Position numbers and translations under genes: made by a program. Below the pieces are notes generated by a model that saw only the letters and a list, made by a program, of their open reading frames with translations, was not told the origin of the DNA and did not search any database. From Macrostomum lignano (lineage: Eukaryota), in NCBI GenBank assembly GCA_002269645.1, contig NIVC01001108.1, positions 62,306 to 101,616 of the forward strand: 39,311 bases of DNA, written 5' to 3'. Below, one piece after another: positions 23,182 to 33,706 of the stretch (position 1 is its first letter; each line of letters begins with the position of its first letter).

Positions 23182-26012
23182 GTTGGGGACCCCTGGACTA
23201 AATTATACAATATCATAATATATAAAAAAGCTTTTTTTAAATTTAAATAAATTAATATATTATAAATATATTTATAATAGCAAGTTACAACATAACTTAT
23301 TAGACTAATTGATAGAATTGTCACCAAAAGAGTAATTGGATTATCTTTTACAATGTACTGATTATACTAAAACTAGATTTCCATACCAAGGTGCAGAGTA
23401 TGCACAGTTATTTATGATATACTTATACAAGCCTACATATGATTTATAGTATTTGTTATTACAAGTAATTTCTACAGACTGTTATTAGTTGACCATGAGA
23501 CAAAAAATTAAAATTACCACAGTATAAGTTCAACAAATTTCTAATTCCCATAGAACTCCGAGGAAAGCTAAGCCTGCAGATGCAGCCAGTGCTGGCACAG
23601 ATGGCAGCTCTCCAGATGCAGCAAGTAGTGGAGGCGATGAGCCCGGCTCTAATCAGGTGTGGCGATCCACCCGGCTGAGGGCTGGCCACACAAACAAGAT
23701 TGACTACTTGAAGTTGCACAACACTAGTAGCACGGCTGTTGCAACGCCAACGGCTGGGTCAGCTAGTGGCGCCACTCCGTCTCACAGGAAGCGACCCGGA
23801 TCATCTGGACCGTCTGGTCCAGCTTCCTCTAGGACTCCATCATCGTCATTCTCATCGTCGGTGATTGATAAGCGATTGAAATTGTCGTCACCCGGAGCTC
23901 ATTCTCCTGCAACAACTATCGGAGCGTACAATTGTCCAATCTGCTCCTTGAAGCTGTCCTCGTCTCGTAGTCTAGACCAGCACATTGTTGCTAGTCACAG
24001 TGACTCGCACGGATTGGAATGTGTCTATTGCGGAATGCGTTTAAGAACTGTTAAAGCGTTGCAGAATCACTATGTTAAACAGCATAGGGTGAGTTGTTGT
24101 GTTTTTAAAGTCTGGCTCACGGAATTCTGATCCCAATTCTAGGAATCCCTCCAAATTCTAGGAATCCTGATCCCAATTCTAGGAATGCTGAACCCAATTC
24201 TAGGAATCCTGAACCCAATTCTAGGAATCATAAACCCAATTTTAGGAATTTCTGATCCCAATTCTAGGAATCCTAAACCCAATTTTAGGAATTTCTGATC
24301 CCAATTCTAGGAATCCTGATCCCAATTCTAGGAATTTCTGATCCCAATTTTAGGAATCCTGATCCCAATTTTAGGAATCCTGAACCCTATTCTAGGAATC
24401 CTGATCCCGATTCTAGGAATTCTAATCCCAATTCTAGGAATCATGAACCCAATTCTAGACATTTCTGATCCCAATTCTAGGAATCCTGAACCCAATTCTA
24501 GGAATTCTGAACCCAATTCTAGGAATTTCTATTCCCGATTCTAGGAATTTTAATTCTATGAATCCTGATCTAAATTCTAGGAATTTTGTATTCCCAATTC
24601 TAGGAATCCTGATCCAAATTCTAAGAATTTTGTATTCCCAATTCTAGGAATCCTGATCTATATTCTAGGAATCCTGATCCAAATTCTAGGCATTTCTGAT
24701 CCCAATTCTAGGAATCCTGATCTAAATTCTAGTAATTCTACTCATTATTCTAAGGATATGATAAAAGTTCTTAAAACGTGGACGTTCCCTTGTCATACTT
24801 AAAATTCCCCCAAAACACGCTAACGCAGGTGCACGCCCCTGTGCCCGACTGTCTGCACTGGCGCCTGACAATGCAGTGCCGAGCCTGCGGGCAGTCGTTT
24901 CGCACAGCCGAACACTTGGCCAAGCACATGGACTGGCAGCACAGCCGCTGCAGCAGCATCGTACTGATGGAGAAGCTGCCAGACAATTGGCGCTGGCAGC
25001 GTGACAAGCGCAGCATCATGGAATCTGCAGACGCTGTAGAAGAGGAATACGATTTGGCGTTTCCCGGGCGTAGTAATTTCTATCGGTCGCATCCGGGCAT
25101 GCTGGACTCTGACATGTCCATCCAACTGCAGCCAGCCGCCGCCGCCAGAGAGCAAAGCAACTTCGACGTCTACGCATTCGAAGACGAACCAGACGACGTT
25201 GATATCGATGCTAGTTTTGTTGCTAAGCCAGGCACGCCGGCCTCGGCTAGTCGGCGTGGTCGAAAACCAAATCCTAATAAGCAGCAGCAGCAACAGCAGA
25301 AGCGTCGCGTTACCATGGAGATCGACTTCGATCAGCTGCTGGCTCAGCGAGACGAGGCATTGGATAATGAGGTTCGATTTCCGATTCTGTCTGTTTGCCT
25401 GTATCTTTCTGTTTAGAACACTGATACTGTTTTCAATAGCTAAATCTGCATCTGCATAGTTCAGTAGTAAAAATGAATGTGTAAGCTATTTTATAACAAA
25501 ACGGGAATTTCGTAGAAAAGCTAAACGAGTTAACAGATCTAATGGATGTAGATTAGTCTTTTTATCCACTTATTACTTTATCGGTCTGTCTGTCTGCTTA
25601 AACCTCTGTGTCTGTCTGTCCATCTGCCTGTTGTCCGTCTGTCCATCTGCCTGTTGTCCGTCTGTCCATCTGCCTGTTGTCCGTCTGTCCATCCGCCTGT
25701 TGTCCGTCTGTCCATCTGCCTGTGTCTGTCTGTCCATCTGCCTGTTGTCCGTCTGTCCATCCGCCTGTTGTCCGTCTGTCCATCTGCCTGTGTCTGTCTG
25801 TCCATTTGCCTGTGTCTGTCTGTCCATCTGCCTGTGTCTGTCTGTCCATCTGCCTGTTGTCCGTCTGTCCATCTGCCTGTGTCTGTCTGTCCATTTGCCT
25901 GTGTCTGTCTGTCCATCTGCCTGTGTTTGTCTGTCCATCTGCCTGTTGTCCGTCTGTCCATCTGCCTGTGTCTGTCCGTCCATTTGCCCGTGTCTGTCTG
26001 TCCATTTGCCTG

Positions 26013-26047
<35 letters not shown>

Positions 26048-26074
26048 GTGTCTGTCTGTCTGTCCATTTGCCTG

Positions 26075-26110
<36 letters not shown>

Positions 26111-29100
26111 CGCCTGTGTCCCTCCATCTGTCTGTCTCTGCGTAGATCTTTGCTGAAACCTTTTCCGTCTGATCATAACGCGCTTTTTAATTAAAATTGT
26201 TAATCTACCAAACTGCAGATCGACGATCAGTCAATCGACCCCAAGCCCGCTGTCCGACATCAGCAGCGAGGTCGCCCACCGCTGCAGCAGCAGCAACAGC
26301 AGGCCAGAAAGCAGCTCCGCCAGCAGCAGCAGCAGCCATTCGCCACCGACACACCGCACTACGTGTCATCTCGCTCGGCTGGCGGTCCATCACCTCTACA
26401 GTCGTTCCCTTGCCCAATCTGCATGACTGACATGGCCACTCTGAAGAGTCGCGATCGGCACCTATTGCAACGCCATCCAGGTGTTCGAGCTTTCGCCTGT
26501 CTAGAATGCGACAGCACATTTGAAACTTACATCAGTCTGCGTCGGCATGTTAAAGCCGAGCATCCCCTAGCTGAGAGCGGTGCCTACAAGCTGCTGATTG
26601 CGCCAGGTCTGCGTAGGCGGGCCCGTCAGCGGGTTGGCACCAATTCTGCCGCTCTGGCCGCTGCCGCCGCCGCCTCCTTGGCTGGCGGAGACTCGTCTAA
26701 CAATGCGGAATCTTTGGTGCAACCGTTTCTATGCACCGTGTGCGGTTCCTCATTCGATCGGGTGCACCTGCTGTCTAATCACTATGCCGCTGTGCACCAG
26801 GGACAGGGCAGTGGTAAGAGACAGCAGCAGGTTCGGGTCTATCGCCAGCGAGCCAGCGGTGGCGCCGCTGTACTGCAAGACTCTGCCGCTTCTATTGATA
26901 TGGACGATTTCAATGCCTCGGCTGATTCAGTTGGCGGTGAGCTAGTGCCTGCCTGTCAGATGTCTGTCTCTGCGTCTCAGATCTCTTTTTAAGCCTGTCT
27001 TGTAGTCTGTCTTTAGGCCTGTCTATAAGCCTGTCTACAAGCCCGTCTTAGAGACTGTCTTGGAGTCTGTCTTGGAGTCTGTTTTTAAGCCTGTATCTAA
27101 GTCTGTCTTTAGGCCCGTCTTTGAGCCTGTCTTTCAACCTTTGAGCCCGTTTTGTAGTCTGTCTCTAAGCCTGTCTTGGAGTCTGTCTCTAAGCCTGTCT
27201 TGGAGTCTGTCTTTAAGGCTGTCTTGGAGTCTGTCTCTAAGCCTGTCTTGGAGTCTGTCTTTAAGGCTATCTTGGAGTCTGTCTCTAAGCCTGTCTTGGA
27301 GTCTGTCTCTAAGCCTGTCTTGGAGTCTGTCTCTAAGCCTGTCTTGGAGTCTGTTTCTAAGCCTGTCTTGGAGTCTGTCTTTAAGCCTGTCTTGGAGTCT
27401 GTCTCTAAGCCTGTCTTGGAGTCTGTTTCTAAGCCTGTCTTGGAGTCTGTCTTTAAGCCTGTCTTGGAGTCTGTTTCTAAGCCTGTCTTGGAGTCTGTCT
27501 TTAAGCCTGTCTTGGAGTCTGTCTCTAAGCCTGTCTTAGAGTCTGTCTCTAAGCCTGTCTTGGAGTCTGTTTCTAAGCCTGTCTTGGAGTCTGTCTTTAA
27601 GCCTGTCTTGGAGTCTGTCTTTAAGCCTGTCTTGGAGTCTGTCTTTAAGCCTGTCTTGGAGTCTGTCTTTAAGCCTGTCTTGGAGTCTGTCTTGGAGTCT
27701 TTGTGTTCGATCCTAGCCGCTTTGATTTCTATATCTAAACAGCTCATTACCTGCTCTCGACAGGAAACTTAGACGAGCTGAAGCTCACCTGCGAGCTGTG
27801 CAGCGCCCAATTCGAAAAGATCACCGCGCTGGAGCGTCACATCGCCGTCGATCACGTCGACGAGACGCCGTACGAGTGCCACCAGTGCCCGGCCTACTTC
27901 CCCAGCTTCAGCCGCCTGCGCCATCATCAGCGCACCGTCCATCGAGTGTTCATGCAGTGGAAGGAGCCGCCGCAGACGGTGCTGTCCAGGATGCGATCAA
28001 GGTCGCCTGCCTCCGGCGGTGGCGGGGCCAACACCGTGCTGAACTTGGCTGTGCCGCTCAAGCGGACTGACATGGCCAAGGTGGCCTATCAGCAGCTGCG
28101 CTTCTTCGACCAGCAGGTGAGAATCTGTGTGTCTGTCTGTCTGCCTGCATGCCTGCCTGCCTGCCTCTCTGTGTGTCTGCCTGTCTGTCTGCCTGCCTGC
28201 CTGCCTGTCTGTCTGCCTGCCTGCCTGCCTGTCTGTCTGTGTCTGTGTGTCTGCCTGTCTGCCTGCCTGCCTGCCTGTCTGTGTCTGTCTGTCTGTCTGT
28301 CTGTCTGTCTGCCTGCATGCCTGCCTGCCTGCCTCTCTGTGTGTCTGCCTGTCTGTCTGCCTGCCTGCCTGCCTGTCTGTCTGCCTGCCTGCCTGCCTGT
28401 CTGTCTGTGTCTGTGTGTCTGCCTGTCTGCCTGCCTGCCTGCCTGTCTGTGTCTGTCTGTCTGTCTGTCTGTCTGTCTGCCTGCATGCCTGCCTGCCTGC
28501 CTCTCTGTGTGTCTGCCTGTCTGTCTGCCTGCCTGCCTGCCTGTCTGTCTGTGTCTGTGTGTCTGCCTGTCTGCCTGCCTGCCTGCCTGTCTGTGTCTGT
28601 CTGTCTGTCTGTCTGTCTGCCTGATTTTCTGTGTCTGTCTGTCTGTCTGGATGGATAGTTATCTATCTATCTATCTATCTATCCATCTATCATTTATCTA
28701 TCTATCTATCTATCATCTATCCATCTATCTATCTATCTATCTATCTATCATCTATCCATCTATCTATCTATCTATCCATCTATCATTTATCTATCTATCT
28801 ATCTATCATCTATCCATCTATCTATGTATCTAATTGCTCGTCCATACACTTCCAGTCCGCAGCCAACGTGAACCTGGAGTCGGTGCTGAGCGCCATCCCG
28901 CCCATGGAGACCGTCATGTTCTGCGATTTCTGCGGCGAAACCTGCCACAACAAGCTGGAGCTGGGCCGGCATCTGCAGTCGCACTCTGGCAAACGCCTGC
29001 GCTTTGGCTGCGCCAGATGCGGCCAGGTGTTTGAAGGTTGGAACGCCAAGACTGACCTGGTTGACCACATGAAGGTTGATCATCTGAACAAGCCGAGGTA

Positions 29101-31639
29101 TGGATTAGAAATCTTTTATTCCGGGGTTAGAGACAATCGTCTTAGAATTAGGGATCTAGTGACTACAGCACGGAATCTGAATCCTGGGATTGAGGAGCAA
29201 ATTCTTAGATGGGATTAAGGATCCTGGGATTAAGATCTAAACGAGATTATAATTAGGGATCCGAATCTTGTGATTTATGATTTAAAACAATAGGATTAGG
29301 GATCCAAATCTTGGGATTAATGATCTAAGCAATAGAATTGGGGATCCAAATCTTGGGATTAATGATCTTAAGAACAATAGTAGGGATATAATTCTTGAGA
29401 TTCAGTATCTAAGCAATAGGATTGCGGATCCAAATCTTGGGATTAAAGATCTAAACAATAGGATTAGGGATCCAAATCTTTTTGATTAAAGATCTAAATA
29501 ATAGGATTAGGGATCCAAATCTTGGGATTAAAGATCTAAACAATAGGATTAGGGATCCAGATCTTGGGATTATTGATCTAAGCAATAGGATTAGGGATCC
29601 AGATCTTGGGATTATTGATCTAAGCAATAGGATTAGGGATCCAGATCTTGGGATTATTGATCTAAGCAATAGGATTAGGGATCCAGATCTTGGTATTATT
29701 GATCTAAGCAATAGGATTAGGGATCCAGATCTTGGGATTGAAGATCTAAGCAATAGGATTAGGGATCCAGATCTTGGGATTGAAGATCTAAGTAATAGGA
29801 TTAGCTATCCAAGGTACCAGACGATGATTAAAAAGTGCCACCAAAACCTCAGATACCGCTGCAACGAGTGCGACGCCCAGTTCAAATTCAGCAGCCTGCT
29901 GAAGCTGCACCGGGAGCGAGGCTGCAACAGCGGCAAGCCGCTAGCCAGACCCGTAGTGTCCTACGGTTGCGCTAACTGTGAAAAAATCATTTGCGGCGAG
30001 ATGAGCGTTGAGCGCTACCAGCAGCACGTTGATGTGAGTGCATTTGGTTAACTTGCTGAGCCTCCATGCTTACAGAACCCTAGCTGAAGTTTTTGTTCTA
30101 TTTAAAACCATGTACTAACTGCGGCCAACTGTGCTTAACTTACTGCGCTAGCCACTTTAAGCATATAGCATTAGTCCTGATCAGCTACTCTTAGTAGTTT
30201 GTGTGTTAGCTAACTTATTTGATCAAACTGTTCCTCTTTCAGGCCTGCCGCGGCGCGCTCAACCGCTCGCTGCCGTCGTCGGCCACCGTGCAGCCGCCGC
30301 CGACTGCCGTTATCAGCGGCCTGGACGGCGATAGCGGCGGAGTTGCCAGCATTGAAGACGAGAGCGGCGTCATGTCCGGCATAGGCGACTCTGGCGCCAG
30401 TGGCTCCAGAACTGTGCAGGTGCGGTTTAATTAGTTGCTATAATGCTGCCGCTTCTCATGTACTGACTTGGGCTATTTAGCCTTTTCAGATTCTCCCGTT
30501 GGTTGGCAATGGCATTGTCTTTCAGAATCCTAGATCCTCAGTTGCTGAGCCAGCCTCCCAGAGTGTCAGTTGCTGAGCCAGCCTCCCAGATTCTCAGTTG
30601 CTGAGCCAGCCTCCCAGATCCTCAGTTGCTAGGCCAGCCTCACAGATCCTCAGTTGCTAAGCCAGCCTCCCAGATCCTCAGTTGCTGAGCCAGCCTCCCA
30701 GATTCTCAGTTGCTGGGCCAGCCTCCCAGAGTGTCAGTTGCTGGGCCTGCCTCCCAGAGTTTCAGTTGCTGAGCCAGCCTCCCAGAGTGTCAGTTGCTGG
30801 GCCAGCCTCCCAGATCCTCAGTTGCTGGGCCAGCCTCCCAGAGTGTCAGTTGCTGGGCCAGCCTCCCAGATCCTTAGTTGCTGGGCCAGCCTCCTAGATC
30901 CTCAGTGGCTGGGCCAGCCTCCCAGAGTGTCAGTTGCTGGGCCAGCCTCCCAGATCCTCAGTTGCTGGGCCAGCCTCCCAGATCCTCAGTTGCTGGGCCA
31001 GCCTCCCAGATCCTCAGTTGCTGGGCCAGCCTCCCAGAGTGTCAGTTGCTGGGCCAGCCTCCCAGATCCTCAGTTGCTGGGCCAGCCTCCCAGATGCTCA
31101 GTTGCTGGGCCAGCCTCCCAGATCCTCAGTTGCTGGGCCAGCCTTCCAGAGTGTCAGTTGCTGGGCCAGCCTCCCAGATCCTCAGTTGCTGGGCCAGCCT
31201 CTTCGAGTGTCAGTTGCTATGCCAGCCTCCCATCTTTAAAATCCCTATTATTACACGCATATTTCAGGTCACCCTGCCCGGCTCCAAGGAGCCAGTGAGC
31301 GTGCTCATCCACCTGGAAGGCCCAGTCAGTCAGGAGACGCTAAGCCAAGCCTTGGTCGTCCAGTCTGCCATGAACGACGCTCAGAACGTTGTCATCGGTG
31401 GCGGCGGTGACGGAAGCAAATCTGGGCCGTCTGCCGCCGACGACCATCGGCCAGCAGCTGCCGCCGCAGGCGAGTCCTCCGATCAGCATCAGCGCCAGGA
31501 TTCCGACCCGGACGTTGAGCCGCTTCAGTCGCTGGCCCAGTTTGCTGCCGCCGCTGCCGACGCGGCCGACGCTGAGGCTGCCGCCAGCGCAGCCGCCGTC
31601 ACTGGCGCCGAGGCCAATCTGGGGATTCGAGCTGAGTAG
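13796..31639 (+). CDS. Nine-exon gene for a ~1062-aa multi-zinc-finger protein (10 C2H2 + 2 C2HC), probable transcription/chromatin factor
   Basis: Coding exons 13796-13824, 23554-24088, 24829-25371, 26219-26936, 27764-28116, 28856-29097, 29814-30033, 30243-30419, 31268-31639; total 3189 nt, all phases compatible (2,0,0,1,0,2,0,0). Fingers include CPICSLKLSSSRSLDQHIVASH, CRACGQSFRTAEHLAKHMDWQH and CHQCPAYFPSFSRLRHHQRTVH. Exons 2-9 are well supported. Exon 1 rests on ATG, a GTAAGT donor and the phase match. Confidence 0.88.
14133..16561. mobile_element. Old non-autonomous Tc1/mariner-superfamily element (TIR CAGGGTGGCCCACA..), 2.4 kb
   Basis: Left TA|AAGGGTGGCCCACAAAATGCACCTGATTTAAA versus right rc TA|CAGGGTGGCCCACATAATATACCTAATATAAA. 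No convincing transposase ORF inside. Confidence 0.55.
14696..15965. repeat. Long imperfect inverted repeat (foldback-like), arms ~14696-15190 and ~15410-15965, including a 26-bp tandem at 15762-15880
   Basis: For example ATGTAAATTAACGTTTTTATGTAAAATAAAGGAAAATTTATAT and TTTTTATACAAAAGCCTTTCTT in the left arm recur reverse-complemented in the right arm. GCATACAAA is reiterated in both outer parts. Boundaries approximate. Confidence 0.75.
16760..17097 (+). mobile_element. Non-autonomous Helitron-like element with internal (GT)n
   Basis: 5' TCTATCCATATACTAAAAATGGTCTGTC, (GT)n at ~16790-16818, then CAAAAACAGCTCAACCAATTTT, and a 3' CTAG|T at 17094-17098. This is the usual layout of microsatellite-bearing short Helitrons. 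The 3' hairpin is degenerate. Confidence 0.55.
17326..17392 (+). pseudogene. Degenerate tRNA-like sequence (tRNA-derived SINE head or tRNA-Ser(GCT)-like pseudogene)
   Basis: A-box-like TAGCCTAGATGTAA, anticodon-arm-like CTGGA-CTGCTAA-TGCAG, T-arm-like CTGGG-TTTGATT-CTTAG; acceptor stem not intact. Confidence 0.35.
18800..20456 (-). mobile_element. Full-length Tc1-family DNA transposon of IR/DR type, 1657 bp
   Basis: 214-bp TIRs (18800-19013, 20243-20456) with one mismatch seen by eye (18838/20418). TA duplication at 18798-99 and 20457-58. Each TIR carries a 17-bp direct repeat CAAAAGTAAGTACACCC at its outer and inner end. Confidence 0.98.
19016..20038 (-). pseudogene. Tc1 DD34E transposase (340 codons) interrupted by one in-frame TAG
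   Basis: MLRGQELSVQLRNRIV.. paired-like HTH region, RKKPLL, WTDETK, QQDNDPKH, 34 residues, then WPSQSPDLNPIE. The track ORFs 19358-20290 and 19016-19351 are in the same frame, separated only by TAG at 19360-19358. Confidence 0.96.
21850..22220. repeat. ~41-bp dimeric minisatellite (GATGCTTGCTATCTGGGTG + GATGCTTCTACAATATTTGGGG)
   Basis: Alternating 19- and 22-bp subunits sharing GATGCTT. Confidence 0.88.
22436..22465. mobile_element. Possible Helitron/Helentron terminal hairpin
   Basis: GC-rich GGCGCCCC-GAA-GGGGGCC hairpin followed by GCACTAG in AT-rich DNA; the other end was not located. Confidence 0.3.
23098..23176. repeat. (GA)n microsatellite, ~39 units
   Basis: Read directly. Confidence 0.99.
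24122..24735. repeat. 21-bp minisatellite (TCCTGATCCCAATTCTAGGAA)n, intron 2 of the ZF gene
   Basis: About 29 imperfect units. Confidence 0.95.
25583..26140. repeat. 22/23-bp CTGT-derived minisatellite (CTGTCCATCTGCCTGTTGTCCGT) grading into (CTGT)n, intron 3 of the ZF gene
   Basis: Read directly. Confidence 0.95.
26990..27700. repeat. 24-bp minisatellite (CTGTCTTGGAGTCTGTCTYTAAGC)n, intron 4 of the ZF gene
   Basis: Made of two 12-bp CTGTCT-containing halves; ~29 units. Confidence 0.95.
28126..28828. repeat. Compound (CTGC/CTGT)n array with a 168-bp higher-order period, followed by (CTAT)n, intron 5 of the ZF gene
   Basis: The GCAT marker recurs at 28149, 28317 and 28485; (CTAT)n runs ~28658-28828. 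Confidence 0.95.
29290..29805. repeat. 42-bp minisatellite (AATAGGATTAGGGATCCAGATCTTGGGATTATTGATCTAAGC)n, intron 6 of the ZF gene
   Basis: About 12 units, with degenerate copies back to ~29100; ends within ~10 nt of the 3' splice site at 29813. Confidence 0.95.
30530..31230. repeat. 28-bp minisatellite (CCTCAGTTGCTGGGCCAGCCTCCCAGAT)n, ~25 units, intron 8 of the ZF gene
   Basis: Same unit and same AGTGTCAG variant as 10160-10440. Confidence 0.96.
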
Positions 31640-31821
31640 CTGAATGCTCAATTGACGATTGTACGAGTTTGCATTGACTGGCTCCTAAGCTTACCCTGTG
31701 CGACTTATTTTTATTTAACCCTATTGTTCCCATTGGTGTCATTTTGCTCTCCCTGTTGTCCCCTGTGTATCAATAGCGGCTTTTACTGTTTATTTGTTTA
31801 TTGCGATTCTTGTGTGTGCAA

Positions 31822-32270
31822 TACTGACTGACTGACTCACTGACTGACTCACTGACTCACTGACTCACTGACTCACGACTGACTCACTGACTGACTGACT
31901 GACTCACTGACTGACTCACTGACTGACTCACTGACTGACTGTCTGACTGACTGACTGACTGACTGACTGACTGACTCACTGACTGACTGACTGACTCACT
32001 GACTGACTCACTGACTGACTGTCTGACTGACTGACTGACTGACTCACTGACTGACTGACTGAATGACTGACTGACTGACTGTCTGACTGACTGACTGACT
32101 GTCTGACTGACTGACTGACTGACTGACTGTCTGACTGACTGACTGACTGACTGACTGACTGACTGACTGACTGACTGACTGACTGACTGACTGACTGACT
32201 GACTGACTGACTGACTGACTGACTGACTGACTGACTGACTGACTGACTGACTGACTGACTGACTGACTGA
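31822..32270. repeat. (ACTG)n microsatellite with CTCA/GTCT interruptions
   Basis: Read directly. Confidence 0.98.
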
Positions 32271-33018
32271 TTTGCAGTAATAATAAAAAGCATGAGTCGT
32301 GGAAAGTTATAGTTTATTTTTATAGTTACCACTGCTCGTAATCATGCATGCCATTGTAATGACATTATTATTTGTTTTGTAAAACAAAAAAATCATTTTT
32401 CTGCTCTCTACCTTATATCTCACCTTCTGCTCGCTGTTAGTAACCAATAAAACTAATTTCCTTTACTCTTATCTTGGCGTCATCGTTAATAATTTAATTA
32501 AATGCGCTTTTGTTGTTTTACGAGCGTATTATAATTGTGCTTACAATTGTATTAACTTCAAAAATTGTAATATAATATATTCTTCAGCTTTTCCAACTTT
32601 ATATTTGTTTATTGCCGTAGTTTTATCCGGTGCAAATTGAATTTAGTTAATTATATCAAATGTCTCAGTGTGTCAGTTGCAATTGTATAAATAATTTAGT
32701 GTCTCGCAGTGCAGTACAGTTCATTATTACTAGTAATATACAATTTATTTACTAAATATTTTATTAATGTATTATTAATCTGACACTTACATTTGACGCT
32801 TTCATATTTAACAAACTAATGTTGTTTAAGTTTTAGTATTCGTTTAATCTTCACTGTCATCCCGTTTCTGTAATTACGAACCCAGCTTTATTCAACTGTC
32901 AACTACAGTTTCTACTGTCTGCTTGAATATAAACCCTTGACGACCTAGCACTTGATTTATGGCCGGCTTTCTGTGATTTTCATTTTAACTTGATTAGAGT
33001 AGCCGATTTAGTGTATTT

Positions 33019-33081
33019 GACTGTCTGTCTGTCTGTCTGTGTGTCTGTCTGTCTGTCTGCGTGTCTGTCTGTCTGTCTGTA

Positions 33082-33118
<37 letters not shown>

Positions 33119-33161
33119 GCGTGTCTGTCTGTCTGTCTGCGTGTCTGTCTGTCTGTCTGCG

Positions 33162-33200
<39 letters not shown>

Positions 33201-33407
33201 GTGTCTGTCTGTCTGTCTGCGTGTCTGTCTGTCTGTCTGTATGTCTGTCTGTCTGTCTGCGTGTCTGTCTGTCTGTCTGCGTGTCTGTCTGTCTGTCTGC
33301 GTGTCTGTCTGTCTGTCTGCGTGTCTGTCTGTCTGTCTGCGTGTCTGTCTGTCTGTCTGCGTGTCTGTCTGTCTGTCTGTCTGTCTGTCAGAGTGTCTGT
33401 CTGTCTA

Positions 33408-33440
<33 letters not shown>

Positions 33441-33500
33441 GTGTCTGTCTGTGTGTCTGTCTGTCTGTGTGTCTGTCTGTCTGTCTGTCTATACCTGACT
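33019..33500. repeat. (CTGT)n microsatellite with periodic GCGT/GTGT interruptions, upstream of the haspin ATG
   Basis: Read directly. Confidence 0.98.
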
Positions 33501-33706
33501 GACTTTTGTCTGTCTGCTTCCTTATTCATCAGTTTTATACAATCAACTTTCTAAAAACGCAGTTTACTTAAAAAGACACAAAAATGAAGTCTTTATTTAT
33601 CCCGCTGCGATATTTTCTGTTGTCTGGCCTTATCTGCTCAAACCGCGCTTTCATCGTCGCAGCTTACAATTAATTACATCAACACCGAAGCCCTTCATCA
33701 GCTGGC

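Noticed and set aside
25573-33554. Cys/Val/Leu/Ser-rich and TDRQ/KTDSKTGLE ORFs on both strands
   Set aside because: These are translations of (CTGT)n-type and 24-bp intronic repeats. The real exons are defined by flanking splice sites that exclude them.
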